This document shows positions 27,880 to 38,390 of a stretch of DNA of 64,000 bases, in pieces; within the stretch, counting starts at the first letter, position 1; the number at the start of each line of letters is the position of its first letter. The DNA is from Camelus dromedarius (taxonomy: Eukaryota). Under the pieces are notes generated by a model. It ran no database searches. It saw only the letters and a list, made by a program, of their open reading frames with translations, and was not told the origin of the DNA. The DNA lies in the NCBI RefSeq assembly GCF_036321535.1, contig NC_087455.1:930001-994000 (forward strand). The letters are read 5' to 3'. Position numbers and translations under genes: made by a program.

Positions 27880-28720
27880 GCTGCGACACACGCCGAAGCT
27901 GGAGGCTACACGGTTTGAGGGTGTGACCCTGGAGCTGGGGAACTGAACCAAGAGTGGAACTGGGTATTTACCCACACGACGTTCTTTAGGAGAGAAGCTG
28001 CGGGCCGGACTGCAGCCCGGCGGACGCGGCCGTGACGGCGCCGGGAGACCGGCTCCCCGAGGCCCACGCTCCGGGACACCCGTGCGGGGCAGGCCGCGCT
28101 CAGCCCGCCCGTCCGCCCGGAGGACCCTGCCGCTGCCCGCAGCCCGGAGCGCGCCACTCACCCGGCGCCCAGTGGCGAGAGGACGGCACGCACCCCGCAC
28201 GCAGACTGGGGTCCGCCCGCCCCGCAGGCCAGCCAACAAAGCCCGCACCGCCGCCCACACGCCGCGGCCGGAAGTCGGTCCGAGGCCCCGCCCGGGGAGC
28301 TTCCGGTGCCGCTCTAGGCGCTTCGGGGCCGGGAGGCCTCTCGGTGGTGCGGGCTTCCGGCCGGCCTGCGGGGGTGGTGCGGGGAGCCGCGGGGGCGGAG
28401 CGGAGCAGCGTTCCAGCTTCTGCGCCCCCGGAGCCCCGAGCGCCGTCTGTCTCCACGCTGTGAATGGCTGTGAGGGGGTCGGTTTCCGTCGAGCTGTAAA
28501 TGCCGACATCGAAGACGAGCGGAGCTCGGGGGCGCGTCCGCGCCCGTGCCGAGCGGCCCCAGGGCCCCGGACCGAGGGCCGCTTCTCTGAGAGGAGAGGC
28601 CTGTTGTGGAGGGGCCGCAGGGGCTCCCGCCCACTTCCCGCGCCTGGCAGCGATTCCCGGCGCCTCCCGCCGGTCGGTCTCCTGGTAACGCCCACTATGA
28701 GCCCCTGAGGAGGGCCTTTT
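27880..28720 (-). promoter_or_regulatory. CpG-island promoter and non-coding exon 1 of ZNF623
   Basis: CpG-dense with ETS sites (CCGGAAGT at ~28268). Minus-strand donor GG|GTGAGT (intron starts at 28161) is compatible with the acceptor at 21072, giving a ~7.1-kb intron. Confidence 0.7.
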
Positions 28721-30794
28721 AACATCTTCCTTTTACAGACTAGGCTGAAGCTGGAAGTCAGGTCGCTTACTCGAGGACACACAGCTAGTGAGTGACCAGG
28801 TAGACCGCCTTGGCGGCCTCGCCATTGCCCTGGCTGTGCGGTTGATCGCAGGGGTGCCCCGTGGCCTCTGGGGGGTCGCGGGAAATCCCGCCATTCTCTC
28901 CCCCTCCCGGTGGAAGAGCAGGCGTCCAGTTACCAAACCCAAACCCAGGGGTGATTGCACTCTGGGAGAATTGGAGAGCCCCCTGTGTCCATGGGCGGTG
29001 TTCCCTGTGGGAGAGGGCGGCCACCAGGCGCCCCTCTGTTGTCAGTCTTTATGGGCTCAGTGGCTTCATATGCTAATAAGTGTAAGGACCAGTCTGAGTA
29101 GCCTGGGGAAAGGGCTGGGATTCCCAGGAAGTTGGCCATTTCCCACTCTTGACTTTTTGGCCAGCCTTGGGACTGTCATGGGCATGTTATTTACCATGTT
29201 AATGTATTACAATGAGCATATAATGAAGCTCAAGAAGTCAAATCCCCCACCATCTTGAGCCTCAAGGCCTACTGGGGTTTGAATCTTTTGCCATTCTGGT
29301 ATTATTTGCTGTGGTATTCCTTGAATGACTGTACCTTGCCCCCTTTCCTGTCTCACACCTGCTGTGGGTACAGAGGACCCTCTGAAGGACTCCAAAAGAG
29401 AAAGTAGCAGAAAGGAGCACGACGGAAGGAGCTGGAAGCCTGCTTGAGCACAGAGTAAAGCCCCTACCAGACCCACAGGAGTGGCAGACAACGTGGGCTG
29501 GCATGTTTAATACGTGGTCTCAGTCCGTACGTTCATTTTAAGCGTTTACAGCAAAAGTGCCCATCGTCTCATTGTTCTGTCAGCTATTTTCACTCAGCAT
29601 TGTTTTTAAATCGTCCCATGATACAGATATCTGGTCTGGGCTACCCACTCAAACTGCAGAGTCCTACTGTACGTCTACACTGCTCTGCATTTACCCTGCC
29701 TTATTAACGAGCGCTTCAGTTTTCCTCTGCTTTCCTCTATTGCACATACTGCAGGGAAGTAGGTCCTTGTACAGTATCCCCAAGTCCTGTGAGCAAGGGT
29801 ATCTCTAGGAGTTATGCCTAGAGATGGGATTGAATGTGCAGATTTTAATTTTAGGTACTATCATACTGCTTTTCAGAGTGGCTGTGTACTTTATACTCCC
29901 TTTGGTGGTGTGAAGGAATTCCTGTTCCCCTACACCTTCACCAATGCTCAGTACTACACGACTTTCTGAAATTTACTAATCTAAGGGGTGAAGAGTGGTA
30001 TCTTGGTTTTTTTTATCAACTTCACTGAGATGTACTTAAAATTAAATGTGGTTATTTTTAGTAAATGAATATATTTGATAAATAAAAATCCTCCTGTGTG
30101 ACTTCCACAATCCAGGCCTAGAACATCTCCATCCCCGCAAAGTGCTTCCCTGGGGCCCTTCTCCATCAGTCCCCACTCCTGCCAGGTGTTTCAGTGAGCA
30201 AACCTGATGGCCAGTCAGGCCAGCCCTCTATTTCTATCAACCATTGGAATGTCAGTAACTCCAGTTGTCTGAAATGACCTCACCCATTTTCCCACTGGGC
30301 TGCTTGTCTTTTTCCTTATGATGTGACGGAGTTTGTTTTCTATTTGGGATACTGAGTGATTTGCCTATTACATATGTTACAACAGGAGAACTTACAAACA
30401 CCACCCAGGGGGACCTGCCATCCCACCTCAGAGAACCACCCTCTGCCTTGCAGTCAGTTCTCTGCCCCCTCTTTACATTGCACAGTGGATCCCAAGTCCT
30501 TATCTGGGTTGTGAAGGCTATAACAGCCTGGCCAGCAAGGTTTCTGAAGCAAAACACAATCTAACTGGAATTGGGGCGGGACAGCATTCACAAGCGGTGA
30601 GAGGTGAGGAGCAAGCAAGGGGATCCTTAAAATAAGTACCAGAGAGCGGCGCTGGGCCCCGAGGAAGTGCTCCTACACCCCTGCACAGCAGGGAAAGCTT
30701 CCTGGAGGAGAAGGCCTGAGGGCAGAGTGCTGTCTGTCTTAAAACATGGACAAGAGCTGTACACTTCAAATTACAAGATGCTGAAGAAAGAGAC

Positions 30795-31174
30795 TGTGAG
30801 CTGGCCTTGAGATGAGTTAAGGCTGTGGGACCCTAAGGCCACGATCAGAGCATGTTTGCAGATGCAGTAAGCAATTGCTATACACGTGCATCAATTACAT
30901 AAGATTTAGAACAAAGAAAATAGAAGTACGCATATGCTAGAGATATTTTGCAAGCCTAATGAACAAAGAAACTCAGATTGTGCATGTGCTGGCAGAGAAC
31001 AGATAAAAAGCAGGACAGGTGCATCATAGGTGTGCACCTTCCTATGGCAATAATGTTGTTAACCCCATAGTGTCTCTGGCTGAAGTCTGTCCGGCGGTAC
31101 AGCAACTCCTCATGAATTTTTTTGTTTGGGCCCCTCACCTCCTAGAACCCTACGTCAGCCTCCCTCGGCTGACA
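30795..31174 (+). repeat. 5' LTR (380 bp)
   Basis: TGTGAGCTGGCC...CGGCTGACA; ~92% identical to 36637-37015 by manual alignment. Confidence 0.97.
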
Positions 31175-31176
31175 CT

Positions 31177-31194
31177 TGGCACTGTGAGCAGGAT
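31177..31194 (+). other. Primer-binding site complementary to tRNA-Ser(CGA)
   Basis: TGGCACTGTGAGCAGGAT versus expected TGGCGCTGTGAGCAGGAT (17/18; one CpG-type transition), 2 nt after the LTR. Confidence 0.85.
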
Positions 31195-31199
31195 GAGGT

Positions 31200-32303
31200 G
31201 AGTGCCCCCTCTGAACCCCCTGCCCCTGACGGGGATGCTCTGATGGAAGCAAAGTGGCCCCCTACCTCTGTATGGTACCCGGTGGCAGCCTATTGGCTGA
31301 CGTGGGCTCAGCCTGAAGATGGGGACACAGTGGCACCCTGGCCAGATGACATCCGGAGGGCGTTGGAACTGTTAGAAAATTATGTCCCGTTAGCCCACTG
31401 AGAGGCAGCCGGGAGGGCGGCCTGGGTGTTCTTATCTGTTTTACATCACGCTAGCCAAGACATGAGAGATTTACGGTTGCAAGTGGAGGTGTTGCAGTGC
31501 AGAGAAGAGGAGCTTAAGCGGAGACCCAGCACAGCAGAAAGGTGTCCGCATGGTCCTAGCTCCGCCACCACAGAGCAGCTATGCCTGTGTAGCTCCGGTC
31601 CTACCGTCTCTGAGAGCAGTAAGCCTGGCCCCTAGCCCCATTCCACTGTGTCTATGGCCCATGGTGAGGCAATAGGTGGAACTGGAGGAGCCCATGGCTC
31701 AGGGGGGAACTCCTGCGGGACCACAGCGAGTGACACGTGAGTAAACGGACCACGTATTTGAACTTAGTGCAAGTTGTCTGAGAAATGGATGCACCAGATG
31801 ATGTTTGCTTTGCTTTTCCATAGTCTGAATGATGAACTCCTTATAGCTTGAATGAAAGATTTGATTTTGGCTAATGGCCCAACGGGAACGTTTGGGACTA
31901 TGGCAGTGCTACTAGCACCGTATGTAGACCGCCCCATACATGAAGTAACTGAGGCTCTGGCTCATCTGGGAGACACAGAGATGCTCCGAAAGGGGGTGCA
32001 TACTGCCAAGACTCAAGGTGAGTCCAAGACCCCCTCCTCCCATGCAGTGACTCAGAAAGGGAAGTCCACACAGAGGAGGAAAAAGGGGAATGCTCCAATT
32101 TTAGGAGGGCCCCAAAAACTAGATAGCCAGCAGATATGGTGTGATTTACTGGCAGCTGGCTTGGACTGTGTAAAATTAGATGGCCAGCGATTGGAGATGC
32201 TGATGGACTTAGGGAAGAAATTACGGCCTGAGCAACAATATACTCCATTGCCAACCTCCCATCAGGCCTGAGAGGTGGCCTTGCTGATTTCCTCCCGGAG
32301 TAG
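31200..32303 (+). pseudogene. Disrupted ERV gag
   Basis: Located between PBS and protease; fragments such as WYPVAAYWLTWAQ and QIWCDLLAAGLDCVKLDGQ; several stops and frameshifts. Confidence 0.65.
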
Positions 32304-35100
32304 GAGGAAGGCCAAGGTGTTTGGGACGTGGGGCACCCCGATGACCGGAAGCCACATGTTGAACTGACTATCCACTGGTTCCCTATGTATAAAAAGCAAC
32401 TACTGGCACTAGTAGACACAGGAGCTGAAATTACATTGGTGCATGGAAAACTGGAGCATTTGGGGGGACCATGGGTTGATATAGAAGAATATGGAAACAA
32501 GCAAATGTGTGTTAAATGAGTGACTCTGATTTTGGGCATTGGCCGTCTGTCTCCTGCTGCATATGAAGAGCATATCTCCCCAGTAGCTGAATATATTCTG
32601 GGGATAGGCATTTTGCAAGGATTGCAGATACAGACGACTCAAGGGGAATTTCACCTGAGAGTCCGCGTGGTGAAAACAGTTACATGGGGACATCTTCATC
32701 ACGCACCTTTGATTTTGCCACAGGCCACACGAGTGGTGAATGTCCGGCAATATCGATTGCCCGGAGGCTGTGAGGAAATAGGGCAGACTATTCTAAAGCC
32801 TGAGGAAGCCAGTATAATTCGGGCTACGCATAGCCCATATAATTCTCCAGTGTGGCCAGTGTGGAAGCCAGATGTCTCCTGGAGGATGACAATGGACATT
32901 TGTTGTGTTGCCACAGGGATATCTGCACAGCCGCACACTGTGCCATGGCCTGGTGGCCCAGGACCTGGCTACATGGAGCAAACCAGATACCGTTCGCTTG
33001 TTCCATTATATTGATGACATCATGCTAGCCTCTGATTCTCTTTCAGATTTGGAAACCAGTGCCACAGCGCTGCGAGAAGCCCTGGCGGGCTGGGGGTGGG
33101 CCACGAACAAGGACAAAATGCGAGGACCTGGATATTCTGTCAAATTCTTGGGTGTTGTCTGGTCGGGTAAGACAAAAGTGCTGCCTGAAGCAGTAATAGA
33201 CAAAATCCAGGCATATTCCCGCCCTGAAACAGTTAAACAGTTACAGACTTATTTAGGTCTTCTGGGATACTGGCGGGTGTTTATTCCTCATTTGGCCCAA
33301 ATAGCCAAACCCCTGTATAAACTGATTAAAAAGGGAGAAATCTGAAACTGACCTGATGAGACCAAATATGCATTTGTTGGAAGTAAGAGGAAGGTGACCC
33401 AAGCGCAAGCACTGTGCACTGCAGACCCAGACCTACTTTCTGGCTGGCAGTCCGTGTGGACGATGATGTGATATGGCTGGGGCTTATGGCAGAAACATGG
33501 GCAGCGGAAAGTGCCCATAGGATTCTGGCCTCAGTTATGGAAAGGGGCTGAATGTCGTTTTTCTTTGATAGAGAAACAATTGCTAGCAACTTATGCATCC
33601 TTGATTGCCACTGAACCCCTGATGGGGAGGCAAGAGGTCCAAGTGCAGACCACATGCCCTATTGCAGGATGGGTACAGGCATGGGCAAAGCAACCCCGAT
33701 CGGGAACTGCCCAAACCCCAACTCTGACGAAGTGAGGTGCTTATTTGGAACAGAGAGCCCAGTACACCGCTAGCACCTTGGCTGCAGAGTTGCAGCAGGT
33801 GTTAGGGCCTGTGAGACTTGTTGCCCCTGATGTACAGACGCTCCCACAAGGGGTGGACCCTGTGCCCAGTCCCTTTCGTGAAGGGAAAGGGCCACCCCCA
33901 GGAAATGCTTAGTATACAGATAGATCTTGTAAGGGCAGTCTGCCCACTTGGGTTGCAGTAGCTCTGCACCCTGCCACTGCAGCCTTCTGGTATGAGACTG
34001 GAGAAGGCCAGTCCAGCCAATGGCCTGAGTTATGGGCAGTATGGATGGTGTTGATGAATGAGCCTAGCCCCTTGCAGATTTGCATGGATAGTTGGGCCGT
34101 ATATCGAGGCCTTACATTGTGGATACCCCAATGGGGCCTGCAAGACTGGATGATTTGGCACCGGCCCCTATGGGGACAACAGATGTGGAAACAGTTATGG
34201 GACAAAGGCCAAGAAGGCCAATATACTGTTTACCATGTACCAGGGCACCGCCCAGCCCTGGCACCGGGCAATGATGCTGCTGACACGCTAGCCCAACTTC
34301 GCCCTGTAGAGGCCATGGTCCCAGGACCCAACATAGGTCCCTGGCTTCATAAGAAACTTGGTCATGTTGGCTCATACACAATGAGGCAGGCAGCTGACCA
34401 GTGGGGCCTGCACCTGAGCCACAGTGAAGCCAAAGATGCCGTGCAGCAGTGTCCATGGTGTGCTAAGCACCACCCGCACCAGCGGCGATGGCCCCAACAG
34501 ACGAGGAAGATTGCACGGGGAATTCAGCCATTGCAAGTATGGCAAATAGATTACGTGGGCCCCTTTGCTCCGAGTACGGGCTTGCGGTACCTGCTGACAG
34601 CGGTAGACACCACTGCTGGCCTAGGTTTTGCTCACCATGTGCTCCGAGCTACACAAGAGGCTACTATTAGAGCACTGGAAGTTTTACGGGCCTTCTATGG
34701 GACTCCCTTAGAAATACAAAGTGATAGAGGGACCCCTTTCACTGCCCAACAGGCCCAGGAGTGGGCCAAAGAAAATGACATTAACTGGGTATTGCATGTG
34801 CCTTACTGTCCTCAAGCAGCAGGAATGATTGAACGGTACAATGGCCTATTAAAGGAGAAACTGAGGGCTCTCAAACCACAATGGTGAGGCTGGAACAGTG
34901 TCGTGCCGCAGGCAGTACGTCTTTTGAATGAACAACCTCGCCATACAGGTATGAGCCCACTGGAAAAGTTATTGCAAGGGACTATTCAGAGGCTCAGAGT
35001 TGGGCCCATGCAGAATACCTCTGAAGTCTCAGTAATGGGGCGTTAATATTACACGCCCCCAGGGTGTTGAACTCGGGACAACAGGACACCTGGACATGGA
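32304..35100 (+). pseudogene. Disrupted ERV pro-pol (protease, RT with internal deletion, RNase H, integrase)
   Basis: ALVDTGAEITL (aspartic protease); SPYNSPVWPV..WRMT, LPQGY and HYIDDIML (RT); FLGLLGYWR-like LGLLGYWR; HKKLGH...CPWC, WQIDYVGP, QSDRGTPF and GMIERYNG (integrase). The 3' boundary is approximate. Confidence 0.92.
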
Positions 35101-35399
35101 AGAATCAGGTCCAGACTGAAGGCCCCTGGCTAGCCCTTTTGGCACCATGGGGCGATGGGCTAGAGAAAGCCCTGCAGGTAACCCCATGAGTGGGGGAATA
35201 GCCTTTTGATGTGCAGGTTACTCTAGGGAAAACAGGAGTGTCCCCACTTAAAGGAGCAGAAGCCCTACGGCTTTGGGCAATTCCACTGATAGCTCCTGAA
35301 GCTCTCCCAGAGTGTAACCAACCTAGTGTGGGCGGGTTGGTGTGGTACCACCGCCCAGGGCGAACAGCCCTTCCTGCCACTGTACTCTCACAGGATGAG

Positions 35400-36627
35400 A
35401 AACTGCTTGCATCCTCCCAGAAGGGAGAGATTTGCCAATCATGGTGTTCACCTCTGCTCTGTCCTTCCATCCAGGGTAACAGCAAATACCATATTCTCCT
35501 GGGCATACACATTCGCGTGAGTCCACCACGCCTCTCACTGTTGGGTCTGCACTGAACTTCCCGTAGACGCAGGAGATGGACTGCTGTGGCACCTCCACCC
35601 CGCGTCCAGAGCTAATTGGTACACCTTGGTTTGATGGAATGCCAACAGGACAGCGAGATTGCCCTGGGACTTGCGGCGGCAGACTATTGAAAAGATCCCC
35701 TGACGTGAGCAGGGCAATGCCCCCCCCCCAAATTGGAAGGACTGTATGGAATGGGTGGGGATGGATGAATAGTGTTCATGTAAAAGTGAGAAATTTTAGC
35801 CCTCTCTGTATTGAGCAGCAGTTTGAACACGAGGCTCCAAACCGCACTGTGGGGTGGCTCCCAGAAGAGCTGTGTGCCAAAATTACTTACAATGTAAATG
35901 CCTCCACCTGGTGGGATGGATGACCTCTAATTGGCACAAAACCCACCGATTTCCTGCCACCAGGGTACCTGTGGGTATGTGGCACCCACGGATGGTCTTA
36001 TCTCCTGGCTAAGTGCACATGGCGCTATACTTGGGGTAGAGCTTACTTGCCTAGACATACCCAGCCCACTTTAACAGAGCGCCCCACAAACTGGGACCCA
36101 CTGCACACCCAGTGGCACAGGGGGAAGCATGCAGCTTGGTGGTTTTATCCCATGGTCCTGTTCCTACCTGGTGCTGGGCCCATCAGTGTCAAATTGCAGG
36201 TAGAAGCTTTGACTCAGCTTATCAGCTGTGCTGAATGTTACTAGAAAAGCTATGGAGGAATTGTTAGATGAGACTACCCAGATGCGAAATGTGGCCTTAC
36301 AAAATAGAATGGCATTAGATATTCTCACTGCAAGCCAGGGTGGCACATGTGCTATGTTACATATTGAATGTTGTATCTATGTACCAGATCACCAGGAGGA
36401 AGTAGCCAAGGCACTGCATGAAATAGATCAGGAATTGGGATCGCATAGATCATGTAACTGAAGACCCTCTTAAGAATTGGTGGTCATCCCTGATGTCCTC
36501 CTGGAGATGGAGCCTAACTGTCCTGGCTATTGTAGCTGCCTGTGTATTGGTAGGCTGCTGTACTCTGTATTGTTGTGGTCTTTGGGCACGATGCTCCACC
36601 CTGTGGGCTAGGGTCCCCACCACCTAG
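35400..36627 (+). pseudogene. Disrupted gamma-type env
   Basis: CWVC (35539-35550); decayed furin site RGKH followed by fusion peptide AAWWFYPMVLFLPGAG; [20 protein letters not shown] (36297-36347); CX6[11 protein letters not shown]; hydrophobic TM WSLTVLAIVAACVLVG; stop at 36625-36627. Confidence 0.88.
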
Positions 36628-36636
36628 GGGGTGGAA
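36626..36636 (+). other. Polypurine tract
   Basis: AGGGGGTGGAA immediately before the 3' LTR. Confidence 0.8.
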
Positions 36637-37015
36637 TGTGAGCTGGCCTTGAGATGAGTTAAGGCCATGGGACCCAAGGCCACGATTAGAGCATGTTTGC
36701 AGATGCAGTAAATAATTGCTATACACATGCGTCAATTATATAAGATTTAGAACAAAGAAAATAGAAGTACGCATGTGCTAGAGATATTCTGTAAGCCTAG
36801 TGAACAAAGAAACTCAGATTGTGCATGTGCTGGCAGAGAACAGATAAAAAGCAGGACAGGTGCATCATAGGCGTGCACCTTCCTGTGGCAATAAAATGTT
36901 AACCCCATGGTGTCTCTGGCTGAAGTCTGTCCGGCAGTATGGCAACTTCTCATGCATTTTTTTCACTTGGGCCACTCACCTCCTAGAACCCCACATCAGC
37001 CTCCCTCGGCTGACA
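36637..37015 (+). repeat. 3' LTR (379 bp)
   Basis: Direct repeat of the 5' LTR; retains AATAAA, where the 5' copy reads AATAAT. Confidence 0.97.
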
Positions 37016-37020
37016 GAGAC

Positions 37021-37407
37021 CAAAGAAGACCTTAATAAATGGAGACATGTATCACTTTCATGGATTGGAAGACTCAATACAAATGTTAATTTTACCCAGG
37101 TTAATATAAAAATTTAATGCAATTCCTATCAAAATCCCATAAAAAAATTTTAGTAGACACGGACAAGCTTATTCTAAAATTTACATGGACAGAACAGGCC
37201 CTAGAATAGCTTTAAAAATTTCTTGAAAAAGAAGAATGGGAGACCCACCACCCAGTAGGATACTGCCACTGTAATCAGGACAGTGTGACACTGCTGGTGG
37301 GGACAGACCCCTAGGTCTAAGCAGCAGAATAAAGAGCCCAGGCACAGATCCACACAAAGACGCCCAGCGGAGTTTTGACAAAGGTGCAAAAGTAATTCAA
37401 TGGAGAC
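37021..37407 (+). mobile_element. Old L1 ORF2 fragment (host of the ERV insertion)
   Basis: Joining 30760-30794 to 37021 restores L1 text: tacacttcaaattacaagatgctgaagaaagagac|caaagaagaccttaataaatggagacat...ggattggaagactcaat. Confidence 0.8.
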
Positions 37408-37439
37408 TTGAGTTAGTAACAATGTGCCAGCGTTGGCTC

Positions 37440-38390
37440 ATCAACTGTAAAACAAACAAAAAAAGTAAAACAGCCAAACTTGGATTTTTTTCTGTTAAAC
37501 TTCTATCAATGTAATAAGCAACAGCCCATCTCAAACGCCGGTGGATGGTGCAAAGTCAGGGGTGATTTCATTTTCTCCTTGAGACCAAGATCTGCTCTTT
37601 ATCTGATAATCTTGTGTTGTTTTGCTTAACTCTTATGGTGCTTTTAGAATTTAAATAAAATCTACGTCCCTTAAAGTGTTCAATCAGCATTTCCATCACG
37701 TGTTCAAGGGCAGTTACAAGGTCAAATGGGATGTGTTTCTCCAAGACGTTTCATCTTTTGTCAGATCCAGAAAATACTGCGTATGATCTTTTGATTGTTC
37801 CAGAGAATGTCATCACGGTTAGAACAATTGAGGTCAGGTCTCCCAGAGACATGACACAGAACACAAAAAATGCTTCTAGATTTTTGGCCAAAATTTTGGC
37901 TTGTATGTCTTTTTTTTTTTTTTTTTAATTCTTTATTGAAGTAGAGTCAGTTTACAGTGCTGTGTCAATGTCTGGTGTGCAGCCCCGGCTTATATGTCTT
38001 CACCTTCTCTAACCAGCGCCAGTGTCATCTCCATGCCCTTGATAATACTGAAAATTGATGCCTAAAATTGTAAGTTCCTTTTTTTCAGTCCTTTCCTTAA
38101 GTCCTTTTTTAAGTCCTTTCCTTAAACATACATTTCCAAATGTATGTTTCATCTAGATCTACACATATACAAATTCAAGAGAAATATGAACTAATATTGC
38201 AGAATGTTCCTCAGCCACTACTGCAAATAGCTGCATTAATTTCTGAGTCTTCCTGGAATCCTAGACTGGAACAGGAAGAAAAGCAAGACAGATCGGATCC
38301 AGTAGTTAATTTCTCTTTCTTCCTACCTAAGTGCCTCCACATCTCAACTTGCTCTGGACAACTCACAGATCTCTGTGGCCTCCAAAGTAG
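37440..38390 (-). mobile_element. Decayed hAT-Tip100 (Zaphod/ZMYM1-like) transposase fragment
   Basis: Minus-strand translation gives ELTILGINFQYYQGHGDDTGA (cf. LGLD...RGQGYDNGA; motif at 38015-38038), IQAKILAKNLEAFFVFC and RSYAVFSGSDKR*NVLEKHIP. Confidence 0.65.
37910..37986 (-). mobile_element. Very short 5'-truncated artiodactyl/camelid L1 with TSD
   Basis: Poly(T) plus ttattgaagtagagtcagtttacagtgctgtgtcaatgtctggtgtgcagc, flanked by GGCTTGTATGTC (37898-37909) and GGCTTATATGTC (37987-37998). Confidence 0.8.

Larger units (their letters stand above)
30795..37015 (+). mobile_element. Near-full-length endogenous retrovirus, class III / ERV-S (HERV-S-like), LTR-gag-pro-pol-env-LTR, 6221 bp
   Basis: Paired TG...CA LTRs, perfect TSD GAGAC (30790-30794 and 37016-37020), PBS, PPT, and recognisable protease, RT, RNase H, integrase and Env motifs. 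Confidence 0.95.

Noticed and set aside
27865-28782. 305-aa ORF and similar long ORFs in CpG islands (230-947, 42000-42800, 49651-50364, 56985-57704)
   Set aside because: Low-complexity Arg/Gly/Pro/Ala translations explained by stop-codon scarcity in GC-rich promoters.
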